Shown here piece after piece: positions 34,277 to 43,077 of a stretch of 64,000 nucleotides of DNA (positions are counted from its first letter, which is position 1; each line of letters opens with the position of its first letter). Below the pieces are notes generated by a model. That model did not search any database, was not told the DNA's origin, and worked only from the letters and a program-made list of their open reading frames with translations. The position numbers were made by a program, and so were the translations under genes. The stretch is from an uncultured Verrucomicrobiota bacterium (lineage in GTDB: Bacteria > Verrucomicrobiota > Verrucomicrobiia > Limisphaerales > UBA1100), in contig CACDBG010000003.1 of the NCBI GenBank assembly GCA_902551155.1, positions 12,887-76,886 of the forward strand, written 5' to 3'.

Positions 34277-36682
34277 ATGAAAGTTACCTACAATTGGCTC
34301 AAGGAATATGTCGATTTTGATTGGTCGGTCGAAGAGCTTGCCGAACGTATTACGATGTTGGGGGTGGAGGTCGAGGGGATTGAGCAGACTGGCGGGGCTT
34401 TTGAGGGGATTGTTGTCGGTCAAGTAATCTCGCGCGATCAGCACCCCAATGCTGACAAGCTGACGCTCTGCAAAGTCAATGACGGCTCTAGGGAATTGCA
34501 AATTGTCTGTGGGGCCACAAATTTTCACGCGGGTGACAAAGTTGCTCTGGCGACAGTCGGTACGGCGATGCCAGTTGAAGAGGGGCAAAAGCCTTTTGTC
34601 ATCAAGGAAGGCAAGATTCGGGGGGAAGTTTCCCAGGGGATGATGTGTTCAGGAAAAGAACTTAAATTAAGTGATGATCACGAGGGAATCTTGATTTTGC
34701 CCGAGGATGCCGTTTTGGGACAGGCTTTTGGGGATCACTTGGGGGCCAAGGAGAAGGATACCGTTTATGACCTTGAGGTTACCCCAAACCGACCAGACCT
34801 TAATGGAGTAATTGGCATTGCTCGCGAGATTTCTGCTATAACGGGTAATCCGCTGAAGCTGCCTGATGTGGACCCGCCCGAATCTGGGGTAGAAATTTCA
34901 AAGGCAGTGGCTATCGACGTTAAAGATCCAGATTTATGTCCTCGTTACAACGCGCGGGTGATTCAAGGGGTTGAAGTTGGCCCGAGCCCACAGTGGTTAA
35001 GTGCCCGGCTTGAGCAGGTAGGTGTCAGGCCGATTAACAATGTGGTGGACGCGACTAATTTTGTGATGATGGAAACAGGACAGCCCCTGCATGCATTCGA
35101 TCTAAACCTACTTACTGAAGTTGAGGGTAAGCGAACTGTGATTATTCGGCGTGCTTCAGAGGCTGAAAAGTTTACCACGCTGGATAACCAGGAGCATAAA
35201 CTTACGAATGATAATTTACTGATTGCAGATAGTAAAAAGGGAATTGCGCTGGCTGGTGTGATGGGTGGTGCGAATACTGAAATAAACAGTAATACACGTG
35301 ATGTGTTACTGGAAACGGCATATTTTAATCCGCAAAATATTCGCGCAACTTCTAAAAAGTTGGGTTTGCATACTGATGCGAGTTACCGGTTTGAGCGTGG
35401 AGCTGATATTGGATGTGTTGATTGGGTTGGACGTCGTGCTGCTAAGCTAATATTGGATGTATCGGGAGGTCAGTTATTGGCAGGGGATTTGGATGCATTC
35501 CCGCAAGCTCCCGACCTCAAGCAAATTGTTCTACGCTACGAAAGGGTAAATGCGATTCTTGGGGTTTCTATTGATCCAGTGGAAGTGAATGGATTTCTTG
35601 AGGGCTTAGATCTCGAACTTGTATCTCAGGAAAAGTCCTCTGCTGCTTTCCGGATTCCCACATGGCGGGTAGATATTAAACGCGAGATAGATTTGATAGA
35701 GGAGGTTTGCAGATTATATGGGGTGGATAAAATCCCCTCTACTCCCCCAAAGGGTTGTCTGGGTGAGAATGAGTATGATGTCCGGCATGATGACATCGCA
35801 TTAACCCGCAATATCCTCACTGGTTTGGGATTGGACGAGGCACAAGGTCAGACTTTAATCAGTGACCAATCAGCTCGGCTTGTTAAAGAAGAACTAGTGG
35901 AGCTGGAAAATCCGCTCTCTAGTGATATGAACGTTTTGAGGCCCAGTCTCATGCCTGGTTTATTGGATTCATTGAAGAACAATCTGGTGCACCAGAGTCA
36001 AAACGTTGCTCTCTTTGAAGTGGGTCGTACTTTTGCTCCCGAATCAAAAGAAATCCGAAAGGTTGCGATACTGATCACAGGTCGGCGTTATCCGGCATTT
36101 TGGGATGATGATCGTGGAAAGCAGGATATTAATGATTTGAAGGGTGTAGTGGATCAAATGCTCGAGTTGTTGGGCATATATGGGGTTAATTTTAATCGAA
36201 GGGAAGTAGCCACAACACTTTATATAGAATCAGCTGAAATAAAAATGGGAAAACAGTCAATTGGTCAGATGGGGCAGTTGCAACCCGGAGTCGGTAAACG
36301 TTTTGAAGCAAGGGAAGCTGTTTATCTAGCTGAGCTGGATCTCGATACGTTGCTGCAGCGCCGTAACTCCAGCAAATCATTTAAGGGTCTCCCACAGTTT
36401 CCGGCTAGTGAGCGTGACGTTGCGATGCTGGTCGATGAATCGGTGACCCATTCGGATGTCCTTGAAGTAGTCAACAAAGTTAAGCCGGACAATCTTGTGA
36501 CAGCCCGACTCTTCGATGTGTTCCGGGGTAAAAATGTACCGGAAGGTCAGAAGAGTTTAGCTTATTGTTTTACTTATCGGAGTAATGATAAAACCCTGAA
36601 GGAAAAAGAGATAAACTCCGCTCATGATGTTTTGGTCAAAGCTTTTAGAGATCAGCTTTCAGCCACTATTCGCGATACTTAG
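34277..36682 (+). CDS. pheT: phenylalanine--tRNA ligase beta subunit
   Basis: 801 aa. N-terminal MKVTYNWLKEYVD with a tRNA-binding (OB) domain, then the B3/4, B5 and FDX-ACB domains in the usual order. Confidence 0.96.
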   Translation: MKVTYNWLKEYVDFDWSVEELAERITMLGVEVEGIEQTGGAFEGIVVGQVISRDQHPNADKLTLCKVNDGSRELQIVCGATNFHAGDKVALATVGTAMPVEEGQKPFVIKEGKIRGEVSQGMMCSGKELKLSDDHEGILILPEDAVLGQAFGDHLGAKEKDTVYDLEVTPNRPDLNGVIGIAREISAITGNPLKLPDVDPPESGVEISKAVAIDVKDPDLCPRYNARVIQGVEVGPSPQWLSARLEQVGVRPINNVVDATNFVMMETGQPLHAFDLNLLTEVEGKRTVIIRRASEAEKFTTLDNQEHKLTNDNLLIADSKKGIALAGVMGGANTEINSNTRDVLLETAYFNPQNIRATSKKLGLHTDASYRFERGADIGCVDWVGRRAAKLILDVSGGQLLAGDLDAFPQAPDLKQIVLRYERVNAILGVSIDPVEVNGFLEGLDLELVSQEKSSAAFRIPTWRVDIKREIDLIEEVCRLYGVDKIPSTPPKGCLGENEYDVRHDDIALTRNILTGLGLDEAQGQTLISDQSARLVKEELVELENPLSSDMNVLRPSLMPGLLDSLKNNLVHQSQNVALFEVGRTFAPESKEIRKVAILITGRRYPAFWDDDRGKQDINDLKGVVDQMLELLGIYGVNFNRREVATTLYIESAEIKMGKQSIGQMGQLQPGVGKRFEAREAVYLAELDLDTLLQRRNSSKSFKGLPQFPASERDVAMLVDESVTHSDVLEVVNKVKPDNLVTARLFDVFRGKNVPEGQKSLAYCFTYRSNDKTLKEKEINSAHDVLVKAFRDQLSATIRDT

Positions 36683-36702
36683 TTTTAGTTAAATTTCTGA
36701 CC

Positions 36703-36730
36703 AAGGCTAGGGATGAAAAGCCTTTTTTTA
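36703..36730 (+). terminator. weak candidate intrinsic terminator after pheT
   Basis: AAGGCT (36703-36708) pairs with AGCCTT (36719-36724) across a 10-nt loop, followed by a run of seven Ts. The short stem makes this tentative. Confidence 0.35.
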
Positions 36731-36803
36731 GGGTTTTTCAGTTCAAGTAACCTATAATTTGTGGCTCCGATTATAATCGATTTCCCTTTCGAAACTTCCA
36801 TAG

Positions 36804-37448
36804 ATGAGTTACATTATTGATATGGATAACTGGGAAATTGCTGTGAGTGTTATGGTCGGCGTGGGGTTAAGTGCTGCCTGCGGATTCCGTGTTTTTATTC
36901 CGCCATTGGTATTGTGTATTGCGGGAAAAGCAGGCCACATGACTTTTGGGCCTGATTTTGCCTGGATGGATTCAAATTTTGCCTTGGCTGCTTTTGCCTT
37001 GGCCGCCTCATTGGAAATTGGTGCATATTATATTCCATGGCTCGATAATGCTTTGGATTCTATAGCGGCTCCGGCAGCAGTTGTTGCTGGTGCTTTGACC
37101 TCTGCATCGGTTTTTGGCGGTGACATGAGTCCGTGGCTTAAGTGGTCTTTAGCGGCTATTGCCGGTGGCGGGGCTGCGGGAGCAGTCCAGATGACGACTA
37201 CTGTTGCACGCGGTGCATCCTCAGCTCTGACAGGGGGAACGGGCAATTGGATTGTCTCAACTGGGGAAGCGGTCGGGGCAACCATAATAGCAGTTCTAGC
37301 TTTGGTGGTGCCAGTCCTCGTGTTTTTCGGTTTGGTAATGCTGGCTGGATATGTTGTATATCGTAATCCACTCAAAATGTTACGTCAGTGGCATGCCCGT
37401 AATGAAACTGAGGAGCCAGCTTCCGAGCCCAACGTCATGGCGGTGTAA
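36804..37448 (+). CDS. DUF4126-like membrane protein
   Basis: Gly/Ala-rich polytopic protein. GFRVFIPPLVLCIAGK and the repeated A/G-rich helices resemble DUF4126. The family assignment is made from memory of the pattern. Confidence 0.6.
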   Translation: MSYIIDMDNWEIAVSVMVGVGLSAACGFRVFIPPLVLCIAGKAGHMTFGPDFAWMDSNFALAAFALAASLEIGAYYIPWLDNALDSIAAPAAVVAGALTSASVFGGDMSPWLKWSLAAIAGGGAAGAVQMTTTVARGASSALTGGTGNWIVSTGEAVGATIIAVLALVVPVLVFFGLVMLAGYVVYRNPLKMLRQWHARNETEEPASEPNVMAV

Positions 37449-37511
37449 TTACTTCGCTTTCTCTATACAGTTAAGTTGACCCTCTTAAAGGGTTTTATTT
37501 AATATTCACCG

Positions 37512-38783
37512 ATGTTTTCGGCCCGTGTATGGTATTTATCATTATTAATGCTTCTGTGTGGATGTTATTTGTATGCCGAAAATTGGCCTGCTTGGCGGGG
37601 AGGACTTGGGGTTGGTAAGTCTACTGAGAAAGATTTTCCAGATCAGTGGAATCGAAAGTTAAATGTGAAGTGGAAAATTGCCCTTCCTGAGCGGGGTAAT
37701 TCTTCACCGGTCGTATGGGGAACTAGAGTTTTTGTAACACAAGCACTTCAAACACAGGGGCTTCGTCAGTTGTGGTGTATTGATCGTCGTTCCGGGAAAA
37801 CGATTTGGAAAAAGTCCGTCAAACATACCGATAAGGAACTAACTCATCGCACCAATCCTTTTTGTTCGGCTTCGCCGGTTACTGACGGAAAACATGTTGT
37901 GGTGTCATACGCTTCAGCTGGTATTCATTGTTATGATTTCAATGGGCGGGAACTTTGGCATCGTGAATTGGGTGATCAAACGCATATTTGGGGCAACGGG
38001 TCATCTCCTGTTATTCACCAAGATCTGTGTTTTTTAAATTTTGGACCAGGATCAAAAACATTTCTTGTGGCACTCAATATGCAGGACGGGAAGACAGTTT
38101 GGCGTCATGATGAAAAAGGCGGGGATTCAGGGATTGCATTAAAAGGCGAAAAAGGGAATTGGGTGGGGTCATGGAGTACTCCTATTCTAATTGATGGAAA
38201 CAATGGTGATGAATTATTGATGTCCTACCCAAATCGTTTGGTGGCTTTTGATCCGGTAAAAGGAAAGATCACCTGGAGTTGTCGGGGGCTTAATCCACTG
38301 GTTTATACCTCACCACTTTATGAGGATGGTTTGGTGGTCGCAATGGGTGGTTTTCGTGGAACAGCAATGGCTGTTCGAGCGGGAGGTCGAGGCGATGTTA
38401 CAGGGAGTCATCGACTTTGGACTCGCCTTAAGGAGAAACAACGAATTGGCTCAGGCGTTTTGGTAGGTGGACATATTTATATTCTCAATGAGGATGGGGT
38501 GGCGCAGTGTATCGAAGCTAGGAAGGGGAGAGGAATATGGGAAGAACGTCTGCGAGGGCCCGGTGGAAATGGGAAATCATGGTCTTCAATGGTTTCTGCA
38601 GGGGGTAAACTCTATGCAATTAATCAATCTGGAGATGTCTTTATTCTTCGTGCTTCGCCGAGGTACCAGCTTTTGGGAGTTAACTCACTGGGTGAACAAA
38701 CGCAGTCTTCTATGGCCTTTTCAAATGGTGAAATCTTTATCCGAACCTACAATCATCTTTGGTGTATATCACAAAAGCCGTAA
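37512..38783 (+). CDS. secreted PQQ-like (BamB-like) beta-propeller repeat protein
   Basis: Signal peptide followed by ENWPAWRGG. Repeated propeller blades of the type (SSPVVWGTRVFV, ASPVTDGKHVVV, ...GKTVWR...). Confidence 0.85.
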   Translation: MFSARVWYLSLLMLLCGCYLYAENWPAWRGGLGVGKSTEKDFPDQWNRKLNVKWKIALPERGNSSPVVWGTRVFVTQALQTQGLRQLWCIDRRSGKTIWKKSVKHTDKELTHRTNPFCSASPVTDGKHVVVSYASAGIHCYDFNGRELWHRELGDQTHIWGNGSSPVIHQDLCFLNFGPGSKTFLVALNMQDGKTVWRHDEKGGDSGIALKGEKGNWVGSWSTPILIDGNNGDELLMSYPNRLVAFDPVKGKITWSCRGLNPLVYTSPLYEDGLVVAMGGFRGTAMAVRAGGRGDVTGSHRLWTRLKEKQRIGSGVLVGGHIYILNEDGVAQCIEARKGRGIWEERLRGPGGNGKSWSSMVSAGGKLYAINQSGDVFILRASPRYQLLGVNSLGEQTQSSMAFSNGEIFIRTYNHLWCISQKP

Positions 38784-38825
38784 CTTTTTGGAGTGAGAGG
38801 CTGTATACGTGTTGAACTATTAACA

Positions 38826-40217
38826 ATGAAGATCATCAGATTCTATTTTGGATTATTGTTTTACCTATGCCATTGCTTAAAGGCTTCAGATGTTGATAGA
38901 AAAAGTGTGGGTTTCACGGAGCATGTTGCTCCAATTATCTTTAATAATTGCACCTCTTGCCATCGTCCGGGAGAGTCTGCCCCCTTTAGCTTGCGTAATT
39001 ATCAGGAGGTAAAAAAACGTGGGAGATTAATTGCTCGAGTAACTGCAGATAAGGTGATGCCTCCTTGGCATGCAGAATCAACCGATTATGAATTTGAAGG
39101 GCAACGCCTGCTAACAGATCAACAAATCTCGATTATCGGAGAATGGGTCAATCAGGGGATGAATGAGGGTAATCCCGAAAAATTACCGCAGTTGCCTGCT
39201 TTTACGGAAGGTTGGAAATTGGGGGAACCGGATCTTGTTTTAACAATGAAAGAAGAGTACCCGGTGCCAGCAGTGGGTAGGGATATCTATCGAAGTTTTG
39301 TTATCCCACTGGACTTCAAGAAAGATAAATGGATTAAAGCTGTGGAATTTATTCCTTCTGCTCCTGAGGTTGTGCATCACAGCCTGTTTAGGTACGACAC
39401 TTTGGGTTGGGCGCGTAAACTGGATGCCAGATCAAAAACGCCGGGGTTTACTGGGATGGGTGAAGGTGAAATTCTTGGGCCTCGCAGCTTGGGCGGGTGG
39501 GGGGTAGGGGGTAGAGCTAAGTTTCTTCCCGGGGGGTTAGCTTATCGGTTGCCCAGCGGAGCAGATTTCATCATGGATATGCATTTCCACCTATCGGGTA
39601 AGCCGGAGAAAGAGTTTTCCAAGGTGGGGATATATTTTTCAGATAGCCCTCCCAAGGAAGTTTTTACCGGCATTCAAATGCCTCCAGAATTTGGGGCTTT
39701 ATCAAGGGTGAGTATTCCGCCGGGTGATAGTAATTATACCGTTGAGGATTCCTTTGTTTTGCCGGTGGACTTGGAAGCTTTTTCGGTAAGCCCGCATGCG
39801 CATTATTTGGGTAAGGAGATGAAGATGACGGCTACTTTTGCAAATGGAGAAACCAAGACCCTTTTGTGGATCAAAAACTGGGATTTCTCCTGGCAGGAGC
39901 AATATAATTATAAGAATTTTATTCCTCTACCTAAAGGAACTCGCCTGGATACAAAGATCGTTTGGGATAATTCCGATGGAAATCCAAATAACCCTCATGA
40001 TCCGCCTCGGCGAGTTTCCTGGGGCTTACAGTCTTCTGAGGAAATGGGAAGCGTGATCGTTTTGGTGAAGCCCAGGAATGAGGAAGAAATGGAGATGCTC
40101 CATCGTGCGTTGAAGAGCCATGCAGGTAAACATTATCGCTTGCGCAATCCACCTAGGTCGAGTTTTGGAGACAGGCTTAGAAGCCTATTTAGAGGTTCCG
40201 GTAAAAAAGATGACTAA
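38826..40217 (+). CDS. secreted protein with an N-terminal CxxCH motif and a PHM/DBH-like type-II copper monooxygenase domain
   Basis: Signal peptide MKIIRFYFGLLFYLCHCLKA. NCTSCHRPGESAPFSL...VMPPWHA forms a CxxCH module. Three His clusters then follow: VVHHSLF, MDMHFHLSG and SPHAHYLGKEM, and later SSEEMGSV. Their spacing matches the CuH (HH..H) and CuM (HxH..M) sites of peptidylglycine/dopamine monooxygenases. Confidence 0.7.
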   Translation: MKIIRFYFGLLFYLCHCLKASDVDRKSVGFTEHVAPIIFNNCTSCHRPGESAPFSLRNYQEVKKRGRLIARVTADKVMPPWHAESTDYEFEGQRLLTDQQISIIGEWVNQGMNEGNPEKLPQLPAFTEGWKLGEPDLVLTMKEEYPVPAVGRDIYRSFVIPLDFKKDKWIKAVEFIPSAPEVVHHSLFRYDTLGWARKLDARSKTPGFTGMGEGEILGPRSLGGWGVGGRAKFLPGGLAYRLPSGADFIMDMHFHLSGKPEKEFSKVGIYFSDSPPKEVFTGIQMPPEFGALSRVSIPPGDSNYTVEDSFVLPVDLEAFSVSPHAHYLGKEMKMTATFANGETKTLLWIKNWDFSWQEQYNYKNFIPLPKGTRLDTKIVWDNSDGNPNNPHDPPRRVSWGLQSSEEMGSVIVLVKPRNEEEMEMLHRALKSHAGKHYRLRNPPRSSFGDRLRSLFRGSGKKDD

Positions 40218-40250
40218 CGGTTTACTGCCGTTTAAAGTACATATAGATTT

Positions 40251-42302
40251 ATGATTAAGAGTATTCTTGTATTCCTGTTTTTCCTGAGTTCTTGCCTTTT
40301 GGCTTCCGAAAACTGGCCGCAGTTTCGCGGCGTGGATGCCTTGGGGGTTTCTGAAAACAAGGGTCTTCCTGAAAAATGGAGCGTAACTGAAAATGTAGTT
40401 TGGAAAAAAGAAGTCCCGGGTCGAGGATGGTCTTCACCAGTAGTATGGGGTAAGCAGATCTTCATTACTACTGTCATAAATGAAGGTCAAACTGAAGAGC
40501 CTAAAAAGGGGTTGTACTTTGGTGGTAATCGTTACCGTCCACCTTCTGGCAGGCATCATTGGAAAGTGTTTTGCCTGAATCTGGATGATGGAAAATTAAT
40601 CTGGGAAAAAACTGCGCATACTGGAATACCTAAAGGCCCTATTCACATAAAAAATAGTTACGCCTCCGAAACGCCTATTACTGATGGCGAACGACTTTAT
40701 GCTTACTTTGGTAATCAAGGTCTTTATTGTTACAGTCTTGAAGGGGAGCTTCTCTGGGAAAAGCAATGGCCAGCTTACAAGACGAGATATGGCTGGGGAT
40801 TGGCTGCTTCCCCGGTGCTTCATAAAGGACGCTTATATATTGTAAATGATAATGAAGAGGAATCCTTTCTTGTTGCGCTGGATGCCAAGACTGGTAAACA
40901 GATTTGGAGGGTCGAGCGTGAGGGCGAGAAGAGTAATTGGTCCACGCCTTACATATGGGAGAATAAATTACGCATTGAAATTATTACTCCCGGAACACGT
41001 AAGAACCGTAGTTATGGTTTGGACGGTGAGCTTCTATATGAATTTGGGGGTAATTCTTCCATCACCATTGCTACTCCTTACGCCAGTCACGGTCTTTTGT
41101 ATGTGACTTCTGGTTATGTAGGAGACCGTAAAAAACCCATTTTTGCCATTCGGCCGGGGGCTAAGGGGGATATCTCGTTAAATTCAGACGAGGACACCAA
41201 TAAGCACATCGCCTGGTGCCAGCGCCGTGCAGGCTCATATAACCCTTCTACGATCGTTTATGGTGATTTGCTCTATGTTTTGCTCGATCGTGGCCTAGTG
41301 GGCTGTTATGAGGCCAAAACGGGCAAATTAGTTTATGGCCCGGAGCGTATTGTGCCTAGAGGGGGGGCCTTTACCAGTTCGCCTTGGGCTTACGACGGAA
41401 AGGTCTTTTTTCTTGATGAAAACGGGGTCACCTATGTGCTTAAAGCAGGCCGCAAATTTGAACTGCTGGCTACCAATCGGCTCGATCCCAAGAAGGACAT
41501 GTGTATGGCAACCCCAGCAATAGCTGGGAACAAGTTGCTGATTCGCACCGATTCCCAAATTTACTGTATTTCCCGAGAAGAAAAAAAGCCTTTAGAGGCT
41601 AAACCTAAACTGGGCGTTATTCAGCTTCGTAAATATAAATTTGAACAAGCTAAGAAAGATATGCCTTACAGTCTGTATGTACCCAAGGGATATGATAAGG
41701 CAAAAAAATATCCACTCATGGTGGCTTTACATGGATTAGGGAGCAGTCACTGGCAGATCATTCGTTATCCGGGGTTGACCCGCCTAGCTGAAGAGCACGG
41801 GTACATCGTAGTTGCTCCCATGGGGTATAACTCAAGTGGCTGGTACGGAAGTCGCGGTCAAAGTTCACGGCGTAGTAATCCGCCGAATTTAGGAGAGCTA
41901 AGTGAAAAGGATGTGATGAATGTTCTCCAGATTGTGCGAGATGAATTCAGTATTGATAATAAGCGCATTTACTTAATGGGTCACTCGATGGGAGGCGGTG
42001 GCACGTGGCATTTGGGTATGAAGTATCCCGAAATATGGGCGGGTCTGGCACCTTTAGCGCCTGCGCCGCCCCGTAATATAAATGATTTAGTGAAGATTAA
42101 GGATACGCCAGTAATTGTGGTTTGCGGGGATCGCGATGGCTTGGTCAGGGCTGCGCGGATGTGGGTTGGACGGATGAAAACGCTTAAGATGAATTATGAA
42201 TATATCGAGGTAAAGGGTGGAGGCCACATCCGGCCGGCTTATCAAAAGCTTCCTGAGGTTTACGCGTTCTTTGAGAAGCATGCCAAATCCATAGAAAAAT
42301 AG
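40251..42302 (+). CDS. secreted fusion protein: PQQ-like beta-propeller plus C-terminal alpha/beta-hydrolase (esterase) domain
   Basis: Signal peptide followed by ENWPQFRG and propeller blades over about 440 aa. Next comes KYPLMVALHGLGSS...the nucleophile elbow GHSMGGGG...VVCGDRDGLV...GGGH (a Ser-Asp-His esterase layout). Confidence 0.85.
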   Translation: MIKSILVFLFFLSSCLLASENWPQFRGVDALGVSENKGLPEKWSVTENVVWKKEVPGRGWSSPVVWGKQIFITTVINEGQTEEPKKGLYFGGNRYRPPSGRHHWKVFCLNLDDGKLIWEKTAHTGIPKGPIHIKNSYASETPITDGERLYAYFGNQGLYCYSLEGELLWEKQWPAYKTRYGWGLAASPVLHKGRLYIVNDNEEESFLVALDAKTGKQIWRVEREGEKSNWSTPYIWENKLRIEIITPGTRKNRSYGLDGELLYEFGGNSSITIATPYASHGLLYVTSGYVGDRKKPIFAIRPGAKGDISLNSDEDTNKHIAWCQRRAGSYNPSTIVYGDLLYVLLDRGLVGCYEAKTGKLVYGPERIVPRGGAFTSSPWAYDGKVFFLDENGVTYVLKAGRKFELLATNRLDPKKDMCMATPAIAGNKLLIRTDSQIYCISREEKKPLEAKPKLGVIQLRKYKFEQAKKDMPYSLYVPKGYDKAKKYPLMVALHGLGSSHWQIIRYPGLTRLAEEHGYIVVAPMGYNSSGWYGSRGQSSRRSNPPNLGELSEKDVMNVLQIVRDEFSIDNKRIYLMGHSMGGGGTWHLGMKYPEIWAGLAPLAPAPPRNINDLVKIKDTPVIVVCGDRDGLVRAARMWVGRMKTLKMNYEYIEVKGGGHIRPAYQKLPEVYAFFEKHAKSIEK

Positions 42303-42324
42303 ATTTTGACTTATGTAATCGATA

Positions 42325-42783
42325 TTAATCTTCGGAATATTCAGCCCATGCACTACTTGTTTCCCATAGTCGTACCCGGATAATTTTTAAGTCTGAAGAA
42401 AGAGGGTATTTGGCATTGGGATTAGCAGCATATTCTTTTAATTTAATCTTAAGGGTGTCGTAGATAAGTTTTGCAATGATCTCGGTTGTTGGATCTTCAT
42501 TTGGAAAATCAATAATTCGATCCCCATATGCTTCCTTTAATTTCGGATACATCGGGTCATCTGTGTTCATGCACAGGGCGTGATCCAAAGTATTTAAGAA
42601 GTCTCTCATGGCTTCCTTTAGAATTTTAAAGTCGCACACCATTTCATTTCCATCCAATTCATTGGTTTCCAGTATGAATTCAACCTTGCGTGAGTGCCCG
42701 TGGGGAAACTTGCATAGGTCCGGGTGTTTGGACAACATGTGCCCATTCTCAATTTCAAAACTTTTACAGATTCTGTATGGCAT
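42325..42783 (-). CDS. queD: 6-carboxytetrahydropterin synthase / PTPS-family enzyme
   Basis: FEIENGHML...CKFPHGHSRKVEF (Zn-binding His triad plus catalytic Cys) and MVCDFKILK...LDHALCMN. The ATG at comp. 42783 is preceded by AGAGGA. I cannot separate QueD from PTPS-III (a FolB replacement) using the sequence alone. Confidence 0.8.
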   Translation of the reverse strand: MPYRICKSFEIENGHMLSKHPDLCKFPHGHSRKVEFILETNELDGNEMVCDFKILKEAMRDFLNTLDHALCMNTDDPMYPKLKEAYGDRIIDFPNEDPTTEIIAKLIYDTLKIKLKEYAANPNAKYPLSSDLKIIRVRLWETSSAWAEYSED

Positions 42784-42882
42784 AAATTTATGTTCCTCTC
42801 GTGTCCTCGGGTAATTCAACTAAGAGTCGGCAACAATATCGATATTCACTTTTTTTATAGATACCCACTAGGGTGTTATCTT

Positions 42883-43068
42883 TTACATGAATGTTGTTGG
42901 CGCTTGAAGTGTTTCCAGTAATTCATTGAGCGGTTTCCATTCGCCTCCCATTTCTTCTGCCCACGCCCAGTCTGTTGCTAGCAGTCCGCCTGAAGCGATA
43001 TGGGCCGTGGCTTTTTCAGGTGTGTATGGCCCAAAATGCTGTCCGTTCCTGTCGATGGTAATCTGCAT
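42883..43068 (-). CDS. GYF_2 (DUF4339)-domain small protein
   Basis: 61 aa. IDRNGQHFGPYTPEKATAHIASGGLLATDWAWAEEMGGEWKPLNELL fits the GYF_2 pattern (G-x-x-GP...G.i...t.vW..gm..W.p...v..L). Starts 9 nt downstream of the FHA gene stop. Confidence 0.65.
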   Translation of the reverse strand: MQITIDRNGQHFGPYTPEKATAHIASGGLLATDWAWAEEMGGEWKPLNELLETLQAPTTFM

Positions 43069-43077
43069 CGTATGTAA

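Noticed and set aside
34142-34588. 148-aa minus-strand ORF spanning the pheS/pheT junction
   Set aside because: Both plus-strand genes are full length and conserved, so the antisense ORF has no support.
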